From Octopus sinensis (taxonomy: Eukaryota), in NCBI RefSeq assembly GCF_006345805.1, contig NC_042998.1:144212001-144276000 (forward strand): DNA of 64,000 bases. The letters run 5' to 3'. Position 1 is the stretch's first letter, and every line of letters starts with the position of its first letter. Both the position numbers and the translations under genes were made by a program. The notes under the pieces were generated by a model that saw only the letters and a program-made list of their open reading frames with translations, was not told where the DNA came from and made no database searches. Shown piece after piece: positions 42,372-56,376 of the stretch.

Positions 42372-42695
42372 TGTATGTATAAAAAATCATCATCATTTTA
42401 ATGTCCACTTTTCCATACTTGCATGGGTCATATGGAATTTAATAAGACAGATTTTCTATGGCCAGATGCCCTTCCTGATGCCAGCTTTCACTTGCTTCTA
42501 AGTAAGGTTAATATTTCCCATAGCCTACAATCACAGAATATTGGAAATTTATGACACTGCATGTATGACAGTGACACTCATTTACAACTATCACAAGAAT
42601 GTCAGAACAAGGAGACATAAACATACATGCACATGCACACACACACACACTGCAGGGTTCCTTTCAGTTTCCATCTACCAAATCCATTTACAAGG

Positions 42696-42866
42696 TTAAT
42701 CGTTCAATCAACCAGTTGTTTTGTCAAAGTCCTTTCATTACCATTTACAACCTCTTCAATAACATGCCCTGGAGTAGAGAGGGTATGTCATTGATGAGGA
42801 TGTAAATAGCAGCAACAAAAGAACTTTGACAAGCCTAGACAATTAACTGGTTGATTGAACAATTAA
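42696..42866. repeat. ~170-nt fold-back element with 9-nt loop
   Basis: ttaatcgttcaatcaaccagtt...cctcttcaataacatgccct-ggagtagag-agggtatgtcattgatgagg...aactggttgattgaacaattaa. Confidence 0.85.
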
Positions 42867-43151
42867 TCAGACAATTGATTACTTAATTTTCTAAACCAAT
42901 TAACAAATAAATAATTAATTTGTTAAACAAATTAACAAATAATAAAAGAAGTGAAACTAAACCAGTGTGCGTGTTTGTTATTGGCATAATAACCCTCCCA
43001 AGATACAACAAAATCTGTTTCAACACATGAGTTTACATCAAGAATCATGGAAACCAAATACAAAAATGAAATAGATAATTTCAATTGTAAAACAATAATA
43101 CCTAGTCTGATTAAACACCATCACACCTCATCTCACTTTGCCATTACATCT

Positions 43152-43229
<78 letters not shown>

Positions 43230-43300
43230 GGAGAGAGAGAGAGAGAGGGAGAGAGAGAGAGAGGGAGACAGACAGACAGACACAGAGACAGAAAAAGTGA

Positions 43301-43331
<31 letters not shown>

Positions 43332-43395
43332 ACACTATACTTGTTCTCTTTGTGTTTTCATGTTTGGATTAACTATATATATAAATATATATGTA

Positions 43396-43451
<56 letters not shown>

Positions 43452-46400
43452 TCTCTCTTTATATTCTACTAGCATGAATCATCACACTGTTTTCTTCCTT
43501 GAAAGCACAATACATCTCAAAGACAGATGTCTAATCAGTAATAGCCGTTCAGTAGTGTATGTCCAATGATTCACAGTTCAACACCAACTACCATCAACCT
43601 CTTCATGGTTCATGCACAACAGGTTTTCCTTTGTTTCTTATGATTCTCTTTTTAAATTATTTAGTCAGAAGAGAAAGAAATGGAAAGTTCATGACCTTGC
43701 TAGCCTCACCACCCCTCTACACCATCCTATCATTGACTGATGATAAAAATGTGATTTAGGTTTAACTTTCAACTTTTGTAGAAATATAATTAGGGAGAAA
43801 TTTCTAGTGCTTTGTAGCTATATTGGAGCATCATCATCATCATCATCATCATTTAATGTCCATTTTCCATACTGGCATTTGTTGGCTGGCTTGATGGGAA
43901 CTGGTAAGGCCAGGGGCCACACCAGGTTCCATAGTCTGTTTTGGTTTGGTTTCTATGGCTGAATGCCCCTCTCAATGCCAACCGTTCGACAGAGACTACG
44001 GGCTGCTTTTTATGTGGCACCATCACCAGTGCTTTTTAAGTAACATCAGCACCCACACCAATGCCTTTTTCTGTGGCACCTTGGTCTTAGGATCTCAATT
44101 CTATTGTGGTAGATGAGCCTTCTCAAGTACAGCAATGTAATCAGAAAAAGAGTTTCATGAAAGACATGGAAGGAATGATAAGAGAATGAGAGATCAGCAC
44201 ATGGAGCATTCAGAAGAACAAAGAGACATTAGCAATGACTGTGTGGTCAAGCATCTTGCTTTCCAACCATGTGGCTTAATGTTCAATCCTACTGTACTGC
44301 ACCTTGAGCAAGTGGTGACCAAAGCTTTGACTGTGCACCTGCACAGGCAATGTTGATTTGATGGAAGGAATGAACTTGTGTAAACACAAACATTTGATCA
44401 CAGTAAATAAATCATCTGTATGCAAGAAATTGCAGAACCCCCATCTGTCACCTAACAATGGGAGACCCCATAATGTGTGTGTGTATGCATATACTCTCAT
44501 GATCCCCACACCTTTAATACCTTCAATGACTATTTCAAGATTCCTCTCCTCCTGTCCCCTTCCCGTATTCTTCATACTTGTTACTTATAATGTTGAATAA
44601 TATACTCCTACAACACAACCCACTCTATCACCTTTCAACTTTTCCCAATCTTCTCCCCTCTTTTCGCAATAACCCCTCACTAATCCCTTTCCCTTTTGCT
44701 GTTCCCTATGATACTCTTACTAGCCTCTCATCTTACCATCCCTCATACCTCCACCTAGAATCATCACCTACTTTCCCTATTCTTCTCCAGTTATAGGGGC
44801 TACATTAAGTTCTTAGCCTTGAAAGCTACAAGGCACTCTTCCCTAATGCTGGTGCCAAGAAAAAAAAGCACTCAGTATACTCTGTAAAATGGTTGCCATT
44901 AGGAAGGGCATCCAGCCATAGAAACCATATCAAAGTAGGCATTGGAGTTTGGTGCTGTCCTTGGACTCATCAGATTCTCTCAAACTGAGCAATCCATACC
45001 AGCATGAAGTACCTGTATGGATGATGATGATGAGGAGGAGGAGGAACATTGTGAAGGAGATTGTGATGATGATGATGATGATGAGCATTGTGGTGCTCCA
45101 GCATCACTGCAGCCACATGGCTGAAACAAGTAAAAGAGTAAATATATATCTAGATATATAGTAATGTACAGTCATGTTTAACAGGTTTATGTACATTTAG
45201 ATATGGAAAAACTGGCACTCCATTGGTTACAACAACAAGAGTTCCAGATGATCTGATCAACAGAAAAGCCTGCTCATGAAATAAATGTGTAACAGCTGAG
45301 AATTCCACAATCATGTGTACCCTTAATATAGTTCTCAGGGAGATTCAGTGTGAAACAGAATGCGACAAGGCTGGCTCTTTGAATTACATGTACAATTCAT
45401 TTTTGCCAGCTGAGTGGACTGGAATGAAAAGAAATAAAGCATCCTGCCCAAAGACACAATACACTGTCAGGAATCAAACTCACAACCTTATGATTGTGAG
45501 CTGAATACCCATAATCACTAAGCTGTGTGCTTTCACTTGGATATGGTAAAAATAATATGTTGCACAAGGTATCTTGACAGAATAAATTCTCCTTAGAGAC
45601 TCAACAGAATTTCTTCTGTTGAGACAGTTCATCCAACATAACATATTTATTTCCATGTCTGAATATATACATGAATGTACCTAACTATATTTCATTCAGT
45701 ATTGCTCAGTGCACTCCTAATTATCACACACATACACACAATACTATAAGATATTGCTAACAGACTGCACATTAAGTGGATGAAATGTGAATAATATCAA
45801 ACACACCACAACAGAGTGAATGAGTATATAAAATTAAGTGCCCTGACTAGAGACAACAAATCACTCGCAGGATACATAAACAAACAATTAATAATATGAT
45901 AGTCGGACATTTTATTCGCTCATTTATTTTAGTTAGATACTCAATAGCCGCATGATTTAATATGTAAGTAGAAAACAACAATTTAAAATTAGTACACTTA
46001 ATACACCCATAAACTATACAGTAATTGCTCGAACAATTAAAATGTCAAAATATTTGCTCATTAAACTTTAAATCTCTGTTTGACAACAACGACAATGACC
46101 ACTGCACCACCATCACTACTGCTAACAACCCACCCTTGACTACCCCCCTTCTCACCTGATCATGTGACACAAATCTTAAATATAATATATTAACATTATC
46201 GCTGCTCTATTGTTGGAAATTTTTCTTCCTACTTTACTTTGTAAACAATATATTTACACACATACATACACAACCACACACACACTATCACATGTACACA
46301 TACACACACAAACACAGGCTCATACATACACACATACAGGTACATGTACATAGATATATATGCATGCATCGACACATAAGTATATGCCTGCCCTTATAAA

Positions 46401-48162
46401 ACTTTGTAAAGTTTCACAATAATGCTATTGTAAAACTGCAATGAATGTAATGAATGCACCAAACAGGTTAACACAAAAATAGTAAAAATGAAACTTGGAG
46501 CTAAATTTGCAAGCCTATTTATTTAGCTCAAACAGTGGTAGATGTTTGATGCAAGTTCTTAACTAATGCTGAAATAGCAGCATATCCATGCGCAACACTA
46601 TTTGCAAGTCCAGACTTTATAAACTTTGGCATAACTATAAATTTGCAATGAACATTAGCATATAACTAAACTGAATTTGATAATGCAAATAGACAAAGAT
46701 GGCTAAGATAAGTATATTAATTTGAAGCTAAATTTACAATTCCGGTTTTGCTTTCCATGTTTTCTTTTTTTGGTGGGGGCAGTTATTTCTTGCTAGCATG
46801 GGTTAGATGAATATATTATTGAAGCATTGTTTTAAAGCCAGATGCTCTTCCTGTTGTTAACAGATGTTTTTCAAGTAAAGGATCTCTAATTTCACGGCTA
46901 TCAAAATGCAAAACCAGTTGATGACAGGAAATGACAACAAAGTCACTGCTTGTAACCCAAAAGGAGAAGCAGAAATGCAAACACACATACACACACACAT
47001 GCACACACAAAATTCCACAAACATGCATACATACCTACATATTTATATACTGTCATTATCATTTCAACGTCCACTTTTCCATGCAGATAGAATTCAACTG
47101 ATGGAGATTTCCTACAACTGGATGTCCTTCTTGTCATCAACCCTCACTTCTTTCAGAGCAAGGTAATATTTCCCTTTGGTTGGACATGTTTTCACAAAAC
47201 ATGAATTACACTACTTATATAACAGTGATGCTCCTTTACAACTATTATGCGATGCTAAGACAAAGTGGCACAATCACATGTGTGTGTGTGAATATACAGG
47301 GTGGGCCAAAAGTCATGCACAAAATAAGTTTCAATACACTCTGGAATTGTCAAAGACATGCTTCAGTTTTTCTATAACTGAATAAAATAAATAAAATAAT
47401 GAATACACACATACATGGACATGATGAACAAAATAAATAATAGTAATAATTACGTAATATAAATAAAATGTCAAATGTTTTGGTGTGTGACTTTTGGCCA
47501 ACCCTCTATATATGAATACAGAGAGGGGTGGAGAGGACTTCTTTCAGTCTATGCTTATTGAGTATTCCACAGGTATCCTTAACATAATTCTCAGGTAGAA
47601 CCAGTATGACACCGTGTGTAAGACAAGGCTGTATCTTTTGCATTACAGGTACAATCCATGCAATGGGCTCCCACACAGTTTCTATTTACACAATTTCACT
47701 CACAAGGCTTGGTAAAAGATATTTACCCAAAATGCCTTGCTGTGAGATTGAACCTGGGGTCTTATAGTTGCAAAGCAATCTCCTGGACCATTTGGCTATG
47801 CACTTAGATATACTCATGTCCTTTATTTTTTACTTGTTTCAGTCATTGGACTATTGCCATGCTGGGGTACCATTTCAAGGTTTTAGTCAAACAGTTCAAC
47901 CTCAATACATTTTATTTAAGCCTGGCACTTATTTTTTGGTCTCTTTTACTGAACCACTAAGTTACAGGGACATAAACAAACAAACACTGATTGTCAAGCA
48001 GTGTGACATAATAAATATATCCACCAACACTATCATCATCACTTAATGTCCGTTTTCCATGCTGGCATGGCTTGGGCAGTTTGACAGGAGCTGACCAGCT
48101 GAAGGGCTGTCAAGGCTCCGTGTCTGTTTTAGCATGGTTTCTATGGCTGGATGCCCATACAC

Positions 48163-48193
<31 letters not shown>

Positions 48194-49217
48194 CACATAC
48201 ATACACATATATATATATACATACATACATATGCATTCATATATATATACATACATATGCAAGAAGAAAATAGAGGAAAAATAACAGGAAGAAGTTGGTT
48301 GTTTGCACTAGTAAGTCATTAATTTAATTAATTAGTAAATAAAAGTGGTAGTAATAGTACATTTACGATCATTTCTATTTACCAGTTGTAGTGGTAGACA
48401 TCATCAGAATGCAGAGTCATATGTAAGACTCACTGTTCTTTGTCTTTATTCTCATTACCAATGTATCTCTATGCCTCTCGCACATCCTACCTCTACATAC
48501 ATACATATATTATAACATGACAGACTTCCATAGTTTCCATCCACCAAATTCACTGACAAAGCATTGGTCAGCTCAGGTCTATAATAGAAGACACTTGCTC
48601 AAAGTACCACACAATGGGACTGAACCCAAAACCAATTTGGTTGCAAAGTGAACTTCTTAACCACATATCCATGTACATACAGATCAATAATCATATAAGC
48701 CATTCAGCTATAGAACTTCTTTGTAGTCACTCAGCTTTTTTCTACAACACCAAAGAAATCTCTTTCAGCAAATTTCCTACAGTCCTTAACTTTTTGTTGT
48801 CATATTTCTGTTAAAACACACAGCTGCTGTTTCCATTAATTTAGAAAATTAGTAAAATAACTTTGTTATTATTAAGCTAGTGTTTGGGGCATATTCAGCA
48901 TAGACCCATTTGTATATCCAATCTGAGGAGACTTATAGCACTACCTAGTCAGAGAGATTCCTGAAAGTTGTCTACTGTCCTTGGCTGAAAATCTACCAAA
49001 AGAGACAGCTCAGGTTCTGCTTGTTAACATCAAGGGGAATCTCATGAATTATTAATTATAAGGGAAATTAGTCATTGTTGAAATTCATATTATTGCTGTT
49101 GCTTTTCTTTTCACATGCACCTTTATGTAACCCCACATTATATCATCCTGTATAATCCCCAATGTTTTTGTGAACCCTTTACTAGTTAATAAAGAAAACA
49201 TTTTTATTATTATTATT

Positions 49218-49769
49218 GAGTGAGAGAGCAGTGCATGCCATCAAAGTGACACTGGAGTAAAATATACGAAGCCCAGAATACCCATCATGACTAACCGTCT
49301 GATAAGGGTACACCAGGCACATGCATCACAACCATATGTGCGTGACATGGTGAGCTCATATCAAGATAAACAGCACATGACCTAGCAGGTGGGGCCCAGT
49401 TAGAATTTTCTTCTGGTCGAGTAACCCATCCCGTTTAAAAGGTCCCTGAATAAGGGTTAACAATGTTGAACGAAACACCCATGTTTCCAGAGGTGAATTA
49501 TTCAAACCCCAAAGAATCCCTCACAACACATGGCTATGATGCTCCCCCACTACTTCTGCCTGTGATCAGAGATGCACATATTGTCAACCACAAAGGGACA
49601 TGCTCAACTGGTTATGGTCAAACAACTGACAAGCAAATCTATGGTATTGAGCAGAATATTTGCTGTAGCACATCATTTTATACCAAGACAAAACAATGTA
49701 CACGATAACACTTCCAATCAGTTAAGATCAGAAGCCATGAGAGCCACTGCCTGGTACTGCATCAGGGCA

Positions 49770-49800
<31 letters not shown>
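49218..49800 (+). mobile_element. ~550-bp non-coding retroposon-like element, more complete copy, (TTA)n tail
   Basis: Collinear with 27951-28503; flanked by TTA repeats. Confidence 0.8.
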
Positions 49801-49801
<1 letters not shown>

Positions 49802-50021
49802 GGCAGTAACCTGGTAGAATTATTAGCATGTTGGAAAAATGCTTAGCAGCATTTTCTTCTGGCTCTCTATGTTATGAGTTCAAATGCTGTTGAGATCAAC
49901 TTGGATTTTCATCTTTTCAGGGTCATTAAAATAAGTACTGGTCAAGAACAGAAGTCAATATAATTGACTTCCCCCTCCTACAAAATTGCTGACCCTGTGC
50001 TAAAATTAGAAAGAATTATTA

Positions 50022-50063
<42 letters not shown>

Positions 50064-50810
50064 GATAAAAACTATTCAGCCATTAACCAAAATTGAAAAA
50101 TACACATATGACCCAATGATATAAACAAAGAGAGAAAGATGAAAGTCACCACATTGCTGATGGTTAAGATAAATAAATTTATTTAATACTCCAACTTTTA
50201 TCATAAATTTAAATTCTGAAATGAAAAAGATTCATTTGTTTTTTGTTTATTTGGGTTTTTTTTTTGTTTTGGTTATTAAATAAATTTATAATTTTGTATT
50301 TTTCCTTGCATTGTAGTGGTTTTCATGCTGTTCTCTTGCAAAAACTTAACAATTTGCTGCTGCTAGCCCTGTTACAATTAAAACGACTACTAATATACAT
50401 GAACTAGCATTAATAGTTCTAGTAATGCTAAATTTAATTAAAATTTAACTAAAATAAAAAGTAACCAAATTTAATTAAAATCGAAATTGAATTAAACAAA
50501 GTAGAAAAATAACAGAAAATCTGTAATCTTACCTGAAAACCAACCCCTTGGAGTACACTAGGTATCATGATTAATGAACAAGACTCAAGTTAAGTAAGTT
50601 CCTTAGAATTGTTCCAGACCACAAAAGGACTAGAACAGGTAAAAAATCTCAGGTGAAGAATTTATACAAGTCATTGTTTTTAATAATATCCAACAGACTG
50701 AGATTTACAAACATGGCAGGTGAGAATATAAATTTAGAAGTAGTTAACAGCAGTTAGAAGCCAGAGAGATTGTTGCTACAGTATGTGATCATGAGGAAGG
50801 GAAGAGGATA

Positions 50811-50847
<37 letters not shown>

Positions 50848-50935
50848 TATGTAAGTGCATGTGTGAGTGTGTGTATTGCATGTGTATGTGTGCGTTCATG
50901 TGCACAAAGAAATATTTGAAAGGATATGCATACAC

Positions 50936-50972
<37 letters not shown>

Positions 50973-51314
50973 ATACCACACAAATCAATGTATATGCACA
51001 CAAACTCACACAAATGCATGCATGTGCACACACACACACATACACACACATTCACCAGGCCAAATTCATCAAAAAACTTTTATGTAAGAAAATTACAGTG
51101 TAACTATGTACATGTGTGTATACATAAACACACACACACATACAGACACACACATGTATTTGTGTGTGTGGTTACATGCATACATGTATGTATGTATGTT
51201 TGTATATGTGTATGCAAATATAATGGTAGTGAGTTAATCTCTATTATTGATTATGGATGATAGTACCATTTTAATAATACCAGTGAAGTGGTTAGTAAGC
51301 AGAGAGAGAGAAAT

Positions 51315-51354
<40 letters not shown>

Positions 51355-51669
51355 GGAGAGAGAGAGAGCTGAGGTGAAACAGTCATCAGTTCAGCAGTAA
51401 CTGAGGTCATGTAAAACCTTGGTTCAATTTAGGACATTCTCTCTCTCTTAACAGGGCTGGTGCTGGGGTGGGGGATGTGGTGGTGGGTCTGGGTGCTTTA
51501 GTGTAATGCACTGCAGTTTGTTTGTGTGTGAATGAAAGTGGGGAGCGGGAAGTGTATGCCTGTGCTGTGTTTTAGTGGATATATAATCCACTATATATTG
51601 ATATATAAATAGTATGCACAACATATGTTTGTGGTGTGTGTGTTAAGGGATATATACAGTGTGTGTGTG

Positions 51670-52075
51670 CGTGCATATTTTATTTGTTTCAATCATCTGA
51701 CTGTAGCCATGCTGGAGCACCATCTTGAAGGATTCTAATCAAACAAATTGACCCTAGGGCTTCTTTTTTAAACCAAGTACTTATTCTATCAGTCTCTTCT
51801 GCCGAACCGTTAAGTTACGGGGACATAAACACACCAAACACTGGTTGTCGAGTGGGTGATGGAAGGGACAGACACCACACACACACATGGATATATACAT
51901 ATATATACACAACAGGCTTCTTTCAGTTTCCATCTACCAAAACTACTCACAGGGTTTTGGTTAGCCCAAGACTATATAGTAGAGGACACTTGCTCAAGGT
52001 GCTAGACAATGGGACTGAACCCAGAACCATGTGGTTGGGAAGCAAGCTTCTTACCACAGAGCAATGCCTACATAT
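51670..52075 (-). mobile_element. SINE family A copy
   Basis: Collinear with 25171-25586. Confidence 0.88.
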
Positions 52076-52339
52076 GTATATTTTTATTAATATTTAGAAG
52101 AAGCAACAGAGTGACTCAAGGTCCAAGAGTCTCATGAAATGACACTTATCAAATTTTATCTCTTATCAATACTTGTGTGTGTGTGTGTGTGTCTATATAT
52201 ATATATATCATCATCATTTAGCGTCCGTTCTCCATGCTAGCATGGGTTGGACGGTTCAACTGGGGTCTGTGAAGCTGGAAGGCTTCATCAGGCCCAGTCA
52301 GATCTGGCAGTGTTTCTACGGCTGGATGCCCTTCCTAAC

Positions 52340-52409
<70 letters not shown>

Positions 52410-52411
<2 letters not shown>

Positions 52412-52810
52412 TTGTATCTTTTACTTATTTAAGTCATAAGATTGCAGCCATGCTGGGACACTGCCTTGGAGAATTTTAGTGAAACTTATTGACCCCAGTA
52501 CTCAATTTTTTTGTAAACTCTGGTATATATTCTATCAGTCTCTTTTGCCAAACTGCTGTTACATGGGGTGTAAATATACCAATACAGGTTGTCAGGCAGT
52601 TGTGGCAGACAAACACATACACAAAGATACACACACACACACATATGATGGGCTTCTTTCGGTTTCTATCTATCAAATCTACTCACTAAGCTTTCATCAA
52701 CCCAAGGCTATAGAATAAGACTCTTGACCGAGGTGCCATGTAATGGGACTGAATTCAAAACCATGGTAGTTGGGAAGCTAACAAGCGAACTTCTTACCAC
52801 AGCCATGCCT
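52410..52810 (-). mobile_element. SINE family A copy (older)
   Basis: Collinear with 25171-25586, more diverged. Confidence 0.85.
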
Positions 52811-52958
52811 ACACCTCTCTATCTCTCTCTACATATATATATATATGTATATATTGATAGAAATGGTAAGACAACAAAAGAATGAAAGAGACCTCGATAT
52901 TATGTAAATAGAAGAATTTTATCATGGCTACCAAATAATTGTCACATATTAATTTTAC

Positions 52959-53008
<50 letters not shown>

Positions 53009-53012
<4 letters not shown>

Positions 53013-53372
53013 CAAATAAGTAACAGGGACGTCCAGATATCAGTGCATTATGGCTGTTTCAAGCAGGTCCATTAATCAATAAATGAAAACATTACATCAA
53101 TTTGAAATAAACCACTCTTCTCCTGTGCAGACGACCATTACAATATTTTAGAAAATTTTTCATTTCCATTTCCCATTGAAAAATTTGCTAAAAGATCATA
53201 AAAAAATTACAATGGTGTATCCTGTATGTTGGAAATCTATATGGTCGTCAGCTTCTGAGGAGAGCAGTTTCTTTCAAATTGATGTAATGTTTCCATTGAT
53301 CAATTAAATGGAGCTGCTTGAAACAGCTGTAATGCACTGATACCTGGACATCCTTGTTACTTATTTGCTTTT
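53009..53372. mobile_element. MITE with ~120-bp TIRs inserted at TA (Tc1/mariner-like)
   Basis: aagcaaataagtaacagggacgtccagatatcagtgcatt... versus the reverse complement of ...aatgcactgatacctggacatccttgttacttatttgctt; left end abuts (TA)n. Confidence 0.85.
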
Positions 53373-53463
53373 TATTCACCTAACTTCGAGCTGTGCGGAC
53401 CATACTGGACTGACTTGGTGCCTCATCTTAAGTGCCTAATTCAACTGAATCTTGATTATTTCT

Positions 53464-53502
<39 letters not shown>

Positions 53503-53666
53503 TTTTAAACTACCAATAACCTATGAAAAAGCATTAGTAGTACTTCTTCCCCAGATAAAGCTGATCTGCATTTCATCTAGCCTAGCTCTACTCCTAATTC
53601 ATTGGGCAATAATTCTCTGTAATTTTCATCAAATTTTCCAGGAGTTTGATACCTCTATAGCTGCTT

Positions 53667-53850
53667 CTATCTAACAATTGTGGTCCTACTCCAGTCTCTG
53701 GACATTACACCTTCCTGAATGACCTGACAAATTATGCAGGTGACCAACCCACATCCTACCTCACTGGATACTTTGAGCATCTCAGCAATGATTCCAGATG
53801 GGCCAGGGGTTTTCTCAGTTTTCATGTTTTTAATTGCCTTATCTACCATA
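53667..53850 (-). mobile_element. Short RTE ORF2 fragment
   Basis: VDKAIKNMKTEKTPGPSGIIAEMLKVS matches KTGKAPGPSGITAEMLKIS of the larger copies. Confidence 0.9.
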
Positions 53851-54244
53851 CTGCTGTATGGTACAGTTGTAAAGTAGATATATGTATTTATATATATATA
53901 TTCACTTCCTTAACACAGCAGGAGACCAAAACATGTCAACATACAGACTTAATATTTGCTGTATGTGTATGTATGTATGAATATATGTACTGTATATATA
54001 TATTCAAAAACTTATGGAATGGAGTAGATAAAGTTCAGGCTACATATGTTCCATAGTTAGTAGAAAATCAGATGTAGTGACTTATCCAAACACAAGGTAG
54101 CCAGTAAGCTACTCTGCAGCCCAAGGATACCTTGATTATATGAAGTTTACATTGTCGTTGGGAAATCGTGTTAACATGTTGGGGATTCAAAGATGTTTTT
54201 TTATATCTTCTATGGATTGCTTCCTACACCTTGATCCTTGAATC

Positions 54245-54288
<44 letters not shown>

Positions 54289-54529
54289 CATCTGTTCTGC
54301 CCGCCAAATTTGGTTCTGGTGTTCGCTGAATTTTTCCTCTAGAGAACTTCCTTTGTAGTTTGATCGTTGATGATCTATTTCTAGCATACGGCCAACTACC
54401 TAGCAGTCTTGCCCTGCCAATATACACATATATTAGAATTTTCTCTGACTTCTCAGATTTTTTGTATGTTGGACTCTGGTTTTAAATTGATATTAAAATT
54501 AATATTAATTTATCTCCCTCATTATTTAA

Positions 54530-54563
<34 letters not shown>

Positions 54564-54587
54564 GTGTGTGTGTGTGTGTGTGTGTGT

Positions 54588-54884
54588 GGAGGCGCAATGG
54601 CCCAGTGGTTAGGGCGGCGGACTCGCAGTCGTAGGATCGCGGTTTCAATTCCCAGACCGGGCGTTGTGAGTGTTTATTGAGCGAAAACACCTAAAAAGCT
54701 CCATGAGGCTCCGGCAGGGGGTGATGATCCCTGCTGTACTCTTTCACCACACTTTCTCCCACTCTTTCTTCTGTTGGCCTGCTCGCTTAGCCAGCAGGGT
54801 GGCGTCATTCGAAGGCTAAAACAATGAGAACGCATTGTGACCAGCGATGTGTAACAACATCTGATGGTCTGGTCGGTCACGTGA
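54588..54884 (+). mobile_element. Young tRNA-derived SINE (family B)
   Basis: A box TGGCCCAGTGG (54598-54608), B-box-like GGTTTCAATTCC (54641-54652), CpG-rich body; tRNA cloverleaf incomplete. Confidence 0.85.
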
Positions 54885-55104
54885 TATATATATATTCGCC
54901 ATGATAGATTGCTAACCACTACATACATTTGTTTTCTCTCTTTGTTTCTTTCTGTGTTCCTTTCTGTGGAAGAGCGTAGACTTGAAACGTAAAAGACTTT
55001 TTCTATTCCTAAGCGTTATACAAATATATCTGTTTGTTGTCTACACAACCTATCTTCATCTTTTGTTTTTTTTGTGAATTATCCCTATATATATACATGT
55101 CTTT

Positions 55105-55402
55105 TGAATGAGATCGTTGTCAGTGCCACTGGACTGGCTCCTGTGCAGGTGGCACATAAAAAACACCATTTGAGCGTGACCGTTGCCAGTACCGCCTGAC
55201 TGGCCCTCATGCCAGCAGCACATAAAAGCACCCACTACACTCGTGGAGTGGTTGGCGTTAGGAAGGGTATGTAACTGTAGAAACTCTGCCAGACCAGATT
55301 GGAGCCTGGTGCAGCCATCTGTTTCGCCAGTCCTCAGTCAAATCGTCCAACCCATGCCAGCATGGAAAGAGGACGCTAAACGATGATGATGATGATGATG
55401 AT
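55105..55402 (+). mobile_element. Short element consisting of the RTE 3' UTR and (GAT)n tail
   Basis: ggtggcacataaaaaacaccatttgagcgtgaccg...gagtggttggcgttaggaaggg...cccatgccagcatggaaagaggacgctaaacgatgatg. Confidence 0.85.
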
Positions 55403-55432
55403 AAGTATATATGAATAGTTTACTCTTCCATA

Positions 55433-55670
55433 GGGCAGCGAGCTGGCAGAATCGTTAGCACGCCGGGCGAAATTCTTTTCGGTATTTCGTCTGCCACTAC
55501 ATTCTGAGTTCAAATTCTGCTGAGGTCAACTTAGCCTTTCATCCTTTCAGGATTGATTTAATAAGTACCAGTTACACACTGGGCTCGATGTAATCGACTT
55601 AATCCCTTTGTCTGTCCATGTTTGTCCCCTCTATGTTTAGCGCCCTGTGGGCAATAAAGAAATAAATAGT
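55433..55670 (+). mobile_element. tRNA-derived SINE family C (central domain resembling Nin-type); many decayed copies, e.g. 2270-2660, 17230-17380, 23310-23520, 33700-33900, 49800-49990
   Basis: gagctggcagaatcgttagc head, gagttcaaattc B box, gaggtcaacttagcctttcatcctttc...taagtaccag domain; domain name from memory. Confidence 0.8.
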
Positions 55671-55882
55671 TTGCTGTTCCATTATAGTAGGATCAGCAAA
55701 AATGTACTCCATCCAGTGAGAGATAAATATCATTCAATGTACACAATATTTAAAATCAAAATCTACCAATAGTTTTTTGCAATAGAGACACTTAGATTAG
55801 GCAAATTTATATAACATGCCTTGTATCTCCAAAGAATCTTTGGGATCAGGACACATGGTTAGTCCTGTCTGAAAACCATGTG

Positions 55883-55933
<51 letters not shown>

Positions 55934-56332
55934 TATATATATATGCATGCATATACATATGCATATAAACACATATATATATATATAATCACATATATGT
56001 ACACACAAATACATATATATATATAATATATATATATACATACACACATATATATACACACAAATACACACATATATATATATATATATACATACACACA
56101 TATATACACATATACATATTCACACACTCATATGTACACATATACATATACACACACATATGTAGACATATGCATATATATACACACATATATATATATA
56201 CATATACACACACATACATATACTTATATATATTGTATATACATACATACGCACATATATTATATATACATACATACGCACATATATTATATATACATAC
56301 ATACGCACATATATTATATATACATACATACG

Positions 56333-56376
<44 letters not shown>

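Noticed and set aside
48930-49050. Natural-looking frames such as HYLVREIPESCLLSLAENLPKETAQ (also 4086-4190, 29375-29575, 32319-32420)
   Set aside because: Open frames of 30-65 codons are expected by chance; splice support is weak or one-sided and there is no recognisable homology.
54588-54665. Possible tRNA gene, also 56377-56450
   Set aside because: A and B boxes are present, but the acceptor stem is incomplete and the sequence continues into a SINE body.
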